NCBI GenBank assembly: GCA_015228925.1
Contig: JADGCQ010000001.1
Span: forward strand, 50,669-114,668
Reading direction: 5' to 3'
Source: Magnetococcales bacterium
GTDB lineage: Bacteria; Pseudomonadota; Magnetococcia; Magnetococcales; UBA8363
Length of the DNA: 64,000 nucleotides
Shown here piece by piece: positions 51,764-57,757 of this stretch. The number at the start of each line of letters is the position of its first letter. The first letter of the stretch is position 1. Position numbers and translations under genes: made by a program. Under the pieces are notes generated by a model. The model searched no databases. It saw nothing but the letters and a program-made list of their open reading frames with translations, and was not told where the DNA came from.

Positions 51764-52009
51764 ATGGGTGGCAGCAACGATGTGGAATGGTGGCAGGAAG
51801 CATCTACGTATTTAGGGCCATATCGGCCTAGAAGCTGCGATGAAGGAGAATGGTTCCAGCGAAAGTGGTGTGACACATGCGCCAAATATGGACCATGCAT
51901 CACACCTGCTTTAACAAAAATCTACGACATCACTGCCACGGAATATCCTCAAAATTGGCAAAAAACCGATAACGGGCCAATTTGCACAGATTACGTCTCT
52001 AAGCAATAG
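51764..52009 (+). CDS. Hypothetical Cys/Trp-rich protein (81 aa)
   Basis: ORF with the operon orientation. Confidence 0.35.
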   Translation: MGGSNDVEWWQEASTYLGPYRPRSCDEGEWFQRKWCDTCAKYGPCITPALTKIYDITATEYPQNWQKTDNGPICTDYVSKQ

Positions 52010-52048
52010 TCTCCCCACGGATGGGTGCCGTCCCTGGGGGTTGGAGAT

Positions 52049-53134
52049 TTATCCGCACAATCGTCCTCCGACCAATACCGGATGGATCCATTTCAAAATC
52101 CTCCGTCGTCCCACCGTCCCCTCTTTGCCAACCCAATAGGTGTGCCAATGGGCACGCCTGATATGGACCTTTGGGGATTCATGGGAACCGTCTTTTGGAT
52201 CTTGAGTTGATGCGGATCGTATTTCCTCCCCAATGCTCGCCCCGACATCCCATATAGTTTGGTTGTCTGGAGGGAAAAGGCGCATCCCTTTTTTAGTCTT
52301 GGCCGGGGCAGGGTGTCGGGGCCGACGATCAATGTCGGCAAGTGATCTTATGGCTGGCTCATCGCTGCACAGGTAGAGGACCAGGGAGATTATAGGCTCC
52401 CAAAAGTCACGGAATTCCTCGGAATTAAACCCTACTTCCAACCCCGACATTAGTGCGTTGGCAACTGCCCTGTCCGTTGCTGCGGATAGACATGCATCAA
52501 GCGTCCCGCCGGGGATCAGATGCATCACCGCCGGGTCCAGCGACTTATCGCGGTCCAGGAGGAGGCGCAGTTCCGCGCCCCGTGATTGGGTGTCCCACTC
52601 CAAAAATACATAGATCCCATGGAGGTCGGTCATGGATGGGTGGTCAGGTATCTCGATGTACAGGCACCACTCTGGGAGCCTGTAAAACAGATCCACGGGG
52701 ATTTCACCTGTCAGAGGGGTGGACATAAGTGCCCTCCTGACTGTTGGATCTATGCGATAGACCCCCTGGGTCAGCCTCCAAGCCCCGATGCCGACGATGA
52801 CCGATCCAGACATCTCGGCATCGGGGATTGATAGACCTCCTTCGGCGGCAACAGCCACTCCCGCCGCAATTGGAACCCAACACCACATAGGCCATTCCGG
52901 GAGTTCTTTCCCACGACCGAAAAACAATTTCTCCAGCCCCTTCCAAGCGTCAGGGAAACGCTTTGACACCTCGGAGAGGTGTCGTTGTTGTCTTGTCATA
53001 TTTTTTTGCATTTTCTGGGACGCCCCCTTCGAGAGATAGATGGGGGTGGTGATTGATCCAGGGACATTACCAGTAGCCTGTATTTCGGCTCCGGTATCGG
53101 GGTGTGTCGCGGATACCACGGATCCCCCATCCAA
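52049..53134 (-). CDS. Hypothetical protein (up to 361 aa), counter-oriented moron-like gene
   Basis: Long GC-rich ORF antisense to the flanking operons. Alternative starts at 53011 (MQKNM) and 52999. C-terminal basic motif VHIRRAHWHTYWVGK..RRRILKWIHPVLVG. Family not recognised. Confidence 0.5.
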   Translation of the reverse strand: MDGGSVVSATHPDTGAEIQATGNVPGSITTPIYLSKGASQKMQKNMTRQQRHLSEVSKRFPDAWKGLEKLFFGRGKELPEWPMWCWVPIAAGVAVAAEGGLSIPDAEMSGSVIVGIGAWRLTQGVYRIDPTVRRALMSTPLTGEIPVDLFYRLPEWCLYIEIPDHPSMTDLHGIYVFLEWDTQSRGAELRLLLDRDKSLDPAVMHLIPGGTLDACLSAATDRAVANALMSGLEVGFNSEEFRDFWEPIISLVLYLCSDEPAIRSLADIDRRPRHPAPAKTKKGMRLFPPDNQTIWDVGASIGEEIRSASTQDPKDGSHESPKVHIRRAHWHTYWVGKEGTVGRRRILKWIHPVLVGGRLCG

Positions 53135-53225
53135 GAGTTAATTGTTGACAGGCATGACCCAGTAAGGTCAGCGATGTCTTCACAAAAGATTCTCCAGGCA
53201 GAGTTCCGGGCGACATCAGGAAAAA

Positions 53226-53573
53226 CTATCTTCCGCACACGCTTTTATAAACACAAGAATATTTTTCTTTTACATCGCTATCACCCAAATCCATAGCTTC
53301 CAAACACTTGTTAGCATTCATCCATTGATAAACAACATCTTCACTGATCCATGGAGAACGGGAAGAATCCCTTTCGTACCTGGATATTTTGCAGCAGCAA
53401 TCTGGATTTTTTAATGTTTCTTTACATATCTTGTCAATTTCAGTCTTTGAAAAACCCTGCTTCACCATAAGCAGGATTTCCTGTTTTGTGCATTCGTTAG
53501 CTGCATTCAGATTTCCAGATAAACTCAGAAGAATAACAAAAACAAACATAAAAATATTAGATTTTCCTAACAC
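53226..53573 (-). CDS. Secreted Cys-rich small protein (115 aa)
   Basis: Signal-peptide-like N-terminus MLGKSNIFMFVFVILLSLSGNLNA/AN. Ten or more Cys residues. Visibly AT-rich relative to its neighbours. Confidence 0.5.
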   Translation of the reverse strand: MLGKSNIFMFVFVILLSLSGNLNAANECTKQEILLMVKQGFSKTEIDKICKETLKNPDCCCKISRYERDSSRSPWISEDVVYQWMNANKCLEAMDLGDSDVKEKYSCVYKSVCGR

Positions 53574-53725
53574 GACTGCAATCCTTTCATGTTTTGGTTA
53601 ATTTCATGTCAAGTTCGATCTCTAAAAGCTTAGACGAACAAAAATAATCCTATTATTAGCAGAAAACGATAACCATGATCAAGAAAAAATTCACATGGGA
53701 ATTTCAAACTAAACCAAAAATTCCC

Positions 53726-53755
53726 TTGACAAACTTTCTTTAAGTAAGTTAACGT
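53726..53755 (+). promoter_or_regulatory. Sigma70-like promoter candidate for the 54-kb rightward operon
   Basis: TTGACA (53726-31), 18-nt spacer, TAACGT (53750-55). A hairpin-rich leader follows. Confidence 0.4.
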
Positions 53756-54002
53756 TATTTCCGTCACGGAAAAATTCCGTGATCGGGTTTCGACTCCCGA
53801 ATTGTGTCAAAGGCGTGCAAACGCCGCATCTTTATGTTGGCGTTTTTTTATGCCAACATGTCGTCTGGCGGATTGCGCGGGGGATCCTTCGGGATCGCCG
53901 GTACCCTTTGACGCCGGTAAGTCGAACCCCGCACAGTCCGCCAATGTTCTGCTTCGACTCAGAACGTGGCGGGTTCCAGCTTTCAAGTCAAAGGATCCTG
54001 TC

Positions 54003-54359
54003 ATGAGCAGCACGTCCCCCCATGCCCGCGATCCGGGCGCACCTTTACCTGTTCCCATCCCTGCACCACTCGTCAGCGACGCCCTGCAAACCCTGCGCGA
54101 TGCCGCCAGGGAGGGACGGATCGACCCGGCTTTTTGCCAAAGTATCGGGACCGAGTTCCTGGCATTTGCAAACCCCTGCTTCAGCCCCAACCTGATCACC
54201 GCCGCGCCTGATCTTCTGACTGTTCTGGATAACTTGATGGGGCGGCTGGCAACTATGCGCCAAGCCAGCTATATCGCCAGATGTTCCGTCAATGATTATC
54301 TTCCTGGCTTGGTTGCCCGGTGGCGAGATCCTGTCCGATGCCCGGGATGCCATCAGTAA
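54003..54359 (+). CDS. Hypothetical protein (118 aa) with AAPDLL motif
   Basis: AAAGGA RBS before the ATG at 54003. ...ITAAPDLLTVLDNL... parallels APELLATLEAL of the next ORF. Confidence 0.45.
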   Translation: MSSTSPHARDPGAPLPVPIPAPLVSDALQTLRDAAREGRIDPAFCQSIGTEFLAFANPCFSPNLITAAPDLLTVLDNLMGRLATMRQASYIARCSVNDYLPGLVARWRDPVRCPGCHQ

Positions 54360-54377
54360 AGCGGAAGGGGGTGAATC

Positions 54378-54668
54378 ATGAGCGGGCATACACCAGGGCC
54401 ATGGAAGTGGCAAGTGTCCATGAGACGCATGAGGTTAACCCAGGACAATCCTCGCGGTGAGGAGTTGTGGGTGATGTGGACCGAACGCGGGAAATTCGCC
54501 TTAAACTCCGACAGTGGCCAAGTACGGTTTGACGTGACGCACCCTGACGCAATACTTATCGCGACGGCTCCAGAGTTGCTCGCGACGTTGGAAGCTCTGG
54601 TCGATGGGCGGTGCGATCTCGATTCCGCCAAGGCGGCCATCGCCAAAGCGAGAGGAGTCGGCCAATGA
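54378..54668 (+). CDS. Hypothetical phage protein (96 aa), HTPGPW...APELL type
   Basis: AAGGGGG RBS. An N-terminal MSGHTPGPW and a C-terminal IATAPELLATLEAL pattern are common in phage hypothetical proteins, from memory. Confidence 0.5.
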   Translation: MSGHTPGPWKWQVSMRRMRLTQDNPRGEELWVMWTERGKFALNSDSGQVRFDVTHPDAILIATAPELLATLEALVDGRCDLDSAKAAIAKARGVGQ

Positions 54669-55762
54669 AATGGTTTAAAACTCCCTCCATTGATTATCTT
54701 GCCGGGAACACCCTGGCACTCATCGAAGAAGGTGGCCTGGAAGCCTATGGCCTGTTGCACCTCCTCATGCAGATGGTTGCCCTCCAGTTTGAACCAGGTG
54801 GGGATCCATCCATCACCGTCCCTGCTGGGTATCTGTCTCGTTCCCTCAACATCCACCCGAACAAACTGACCAAACTCCTGGGTATCCTAGGGGTACATGG
54901 GGGGGTGATAGTAGGGTACGAGGGGGGTACGATACGGGTTGAAATTCCCAAATTGTTGAATTTGTTAGACAATTATACGGCAAGGTGCGAACAAACTACG
55001 GAGCAGAACAGATTAGATAAGAATAGAAAAACAACCACAACCCAGAAACCCGTAGCCACCGCCATGGATGAATCGGTTTCCGAAAGCGTTGTTGTTTTTT
55101 CTCTAAATCGAAAAACCGAACCCCAACCGCAATCGCAACCCGCAATTTCCGATATGGGAATTCCCATATCGTCTGCCAAAAACCCTGAAAGCGTTGTTGT
55201 TTTTTCTCAGGCAATCGAAAACCAGAAAACCCTGGATCTCAATGTCGTAGCCATGCCAGGGCAAGACCTTTTCCCTCAATGCAGCCCACAAGAGACACAG
55301 GCCATCAACGTCCTGTTGGCCTCTTTACCGCCAGGGATTGGCGAATCAGTGCGCCATGAAATTATGGCCAGATTCTCACAGCCAACGAAAATCTCGGCCC
55401 CCGTCGGCTATGCACAACGGCTTGTGGTCTCGGCAAAAGATGGTGCGTTTGTCCCTGCTGCCAGCAAAAAAGCGGTCGAAACGGCTATAGCCAAATCCGC
55501 TTTGGCTGCCAAAGAAGCCAAAGAACGGCGAGAACAGGATGAGTCGGAGGCAAAATTTAAGCAAGAAAATGACCTGCTGGCGGCCAGGATGAATTTTCTT
55601 GGCAATGAAAAGGTCGATGAATTGAAAGCAAATTTTATCGATCAGTTGAGAATCGAAAGCAACATCATGCACGACGTTTTCAAAAAATCTTGGTTTGAAG
55701 GATCTCTTTTTGACGGATCTTTCCATGGGTTCTTGAAAAAAGAATTGGGAATCAGCCAATGA
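54665..55762 (+). CDS. Putative replisome-organizer / initiator-like protein (DUF4373-like N-terminus by eye)
   Basis: ATGA overlap with the upstream stop. N-terminus MKWFKTPSIDYLAGNTLALIEEGGLEAYGLLHLLMQMVA... Internal 22-bp direct repeats flank a 20-bp palindrome. C-terminal coiled coil. Confidence 0.4.
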   Translation: MKWFKTPSIDYLAGNTLALIEEGGLEAYGLLHLLMQMVALQFEPGGDPSITVPAGYLSRSLNIHPNKLTKLLGILGVHGGVIVGYEGGTIRVEIPKLLNLLDNYTARCEQTTEQNRLDKNRKTTTTQKPVATAMDESVSESVVVFSLNRKTEPQPQSQPAISDMGIPISSAKNPESVVVFSQAIENQKTLDLNVVAMPGQDLFPQCSPQETQAINVLLASLPPGIGESVRHEIMARFSQPTKISAPVGYAQRLVVSAKDGAFVPAASKKAVETAIAKSALAAKEAKERREQDESEAKFKQENDLLAARMNFLGNEKVDELKANFIDQLRIESNIMHDVFKKSWFEGSLFDGSFHGFLKKELGISQ

Positions 55763-55778
55763 CAACTTCCTCCAGGAA

Positions 55779-56294
55779 TCAAAGCAACTTCACCAGAGCC
55801 GCCACCACGGCCACAGACGCAGCCATCATTCCACCAAGACGCATGGTCAGGTTGTGCGTGAGGCGCAATTCCATTTCCTTCATCTTGGCTTGTAAGCTGG
55901 CATCAAGTTCCTTCATATCGCGCTTGAGTCCGGTTTCCATCTCCTTCATGTCGCGCTTGAGTCCGGCTTCCATTTCCTTCATGTCGCGCTTGAGTCCGGC
56001 TTCCATTTCCTTCATGTCGCGCTTGAGTCCGGTTTCCATTTCCTTCATGTCGCGCTTGAGTCCGGTTTCCATTTCCTTCATGTCACGTCGGACGTTCTCA
56101 ATGTCGCGCTTGAGTCCAGCTTCGATCTCCCTCATGTCACGCCTTACAACCTCGATGTCCAACTTAGTCGCCAGCCGTTCTTCCATCAGATCAACGATGG
56201 TTTCAGCCTGGACTTCGGCCTGGGCTTCGGGAACACCAACGGCTTTAAGTCTCTTGGCATACGCCAACGTGTCAAACGCAATCGCGGTACTCAC
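55779..56294 (-). CDS. DUF1640-like coiled-coil protein with C-terminal membrane anchor; contains an 11-aa repeat expansion
   Basis: N-terminus ...AFDTLAYAKRLKAVGVPEAQAEVQAE... RDMKEMExGLK x5. C-terminus GGMMAASVAVVAALVKLL. Counter-oriented single gene. Confidence 0.6.
   Translation of the reverse strand: MSTAIAFDTLAYAKRLKAVGVPEAQAEVQAETIVDLMEERLATKLDIEVVRRDMREIEAGLKRDIENVRRDMKEMETGLKRDMKEMETGLKRDMKEMEAGLKRDMKEMEAGLKRDMKEMETGLKRDMKELDASLQAKMKEMELRLTHNLTMRLGGMMAASVAVVAALVKLL
55911..56075 (-). repeat. 33-bp in-frame tandem repeat x5 (plus degenerate flanking copies to ~56140)
   Basis: Units cttcatgtcgcgcttgagtccggYttccatYtc start at 55911, 55944, 55977, 56010 and 56043. Confidence 0.9.
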
Positions 56295-56680
56295 GGGGAT
56301 TCTCCTTCCAGGGTTACAACTAACTCCAGCGTTTATGCGTCCAGGAACCGGATGACGCTGCCAACCAGACGGCTAATTCTGACATATTTAACCTAAAAAA
56401 CGCAAACAGCATATTAATTGTCAAGCATTTCATGATGTTTAGACGATATTCAGTAGTTGCGGCTAAAAAACATCACTTTGCTTATATAATGAACCAATAA
56501 TCGCATTTTTCGTTTTGTTTGCGAAATTTCAAAACATGATCGTTTTGTTCTTGTAATTTTAAAATCGTTTTGACAAAATGTTCAGAACGAAAACGCAAGA
56601 TAACGTAAAACGAATCTTCGTGACGAAACACGCCAGTTTAAGTGTGAAACGATGACATTGGACACCAAAAAGGAATCCGT

Positions 56681-57736
56681 ATGAACGAACTACAGAAACC
56701 AGATCACAGACCGGAACAAAGCAGACCGGAACAAAGGCTCGACCCAAAGCAGCAACAGGCATTGGTTGTTGCCGATTTTCGACGGACGCTTGAAAAACCG
56801 GCTATGCGTAATCAGATCCAAGCTGCCTTGCCAGCGCATGTCGATGTTGACCGTTTCATCCGGGTAGCCGTGTCGTCGATCGCTCAGAACCCGTACCTGC
56901 TCCAATGCGACCGGACATCGCTGTTTGGTGCTTGCGTCAGTGCTGCACAACTTGGGCTTATGACCGATGGATTCCTGGGGGAAGCCTACCTTGTCCCGTT
57001 TAAGGGCAAAGTCCAGATGATCCCCGGCTACAAAGGGTTGGCAAAGCTGGCTCGTCAGTCAGGCGATGTGAAATCCATCGAAGCTGGTTTGATCCATGAA
57101 CTCGATGAAGTGGATTGGGAAGAAGGGGATCAATCAGTTTTCCGTGTAAAGCCCCGTTCATGGAATAATCGCGGTGCCGTGGCCGGGGCTTTTGCCATCG
57201 TTAAATTCAAGGATGGCGGGGTTCAGCGGTCCGTTTTGACCATGGAGGAACTGCTCAAGGTGCGCGACGCTGCCCTGAGTAAGTCGCAAAAACCGGCTTA
57301 TTCCCCATGGACTACCCATTTTGATGAAATGGCCAAAAAAACCGCCGTTCGCCGGGTGATGAAGCTTGTAAGCCTGTCGCCCGAACTGCAAAACGCTGTG
57401 GCCATGGAAGACGCCTTCGACGCCGGAAAGACTTCGGCCATTGTGGACCAACAATTAGTTGCTTCCCCAGGACCGGGAATTGACTACATCGATGGCGAAC
57501 TTGAGCCTGAGACGCCAGTTCAGCAGCCGGTTCAGCAGCCGGTCCAACAGCCAGTTCAGCAGCCGGTCCAACAGCCAGTTCAGCAGCCGGTCCAACAGCC
57601 AGTTCAGCAGCCGGTCCAACAGCCAGTTCAGCAGCCAGTTCAGCAGCCGGTCCAACAGCCAGTTCAGCAGCCGGTCCAACAGCCGGTTCATCAGCAACCA
57701 GGCCATGCTGATAAAACCGAGAACGATCCGTTCTAA
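56681..57736 (+). CDS. recT: RecT-family single-strand annealing recombinase with C-terminal (PVQQ)n tail
   Basis: AAGGA RBS. ...DRFIRVAVSSIAQNPYLLQCDRTSLFGACVSAAQLGL...GEAYLVPF...IPGYKGLAKLA... is typical RecT. Confidence 0.85.
   Translation: MNELQKPDHRPEQSRPEQRLDPKQQQALVVADFRRTLEKPAMRNQIQAALPAHVDVDRFIRVAVSSIAQNPYLLQCDRTSLFGACVSAAQLGLMTDGFLGEAYLVPFKGKVQMIPGYKGLAKLARQSGDVKSIEAGLIHELDEVDWEEGDQSVFRVKPRSWNNRGAVAGAFAIVKFKDGGVQRSVLTMEELLKVRDAALSKSQKPAYSPWTTHFDEMAKKTAVRRVMKLVSLSPELQNAVAMEDAFDAGKTSAIVDQQLVASPGPGIDYIDGELEPETPVQQPVQQPVQQPVQQPVQQPVQQPVQQPVQQPVQQPVQQPVQQPVQQPVQQPVQQPVHQQPGHADKTENDPF
57515..57694 (+). repeat. 12-bp in-frame tandem repeat, 14 PVQQ units plus 1 PVHQ (higher-order 24-bp unit ccagttcagcagccggtccaacag)
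   Basis: Counted directly from the sequence. Confidence 0.9.
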
Positions 57737-57757
57737 AATCAAGGCAGGGGGTTAAAA

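Noticed and set aside
53764-53810. tRNA or tRNA fragment / att site (anticodon-arm-like hairpin followed by a T-arm-like hairpin with GGGTTTCGACTCCC)
   Set aside because: The T-loop has 8 nt (an extra T relative to the GTTCGA consensus). The variable region is 0-1 nt. The would-be anticodon loop (AAAAATT) lacks U33. No acceptor-stem complement or D-arm exists upstream. It is kept only as a structured-leader observation.
55759-56355. 198-aa plus-strand ORF with SRLSPxSISFM repeats; likewise 34288..34680 (-), 57455..57742 (-) and 57459..57755 (+)
   Set aside because: All are alternative-frame or antisense readings of in-frame tandem repeats belonging to recognisable genes: the DUF1640-like gene, the DUF3489-like gene and recT.
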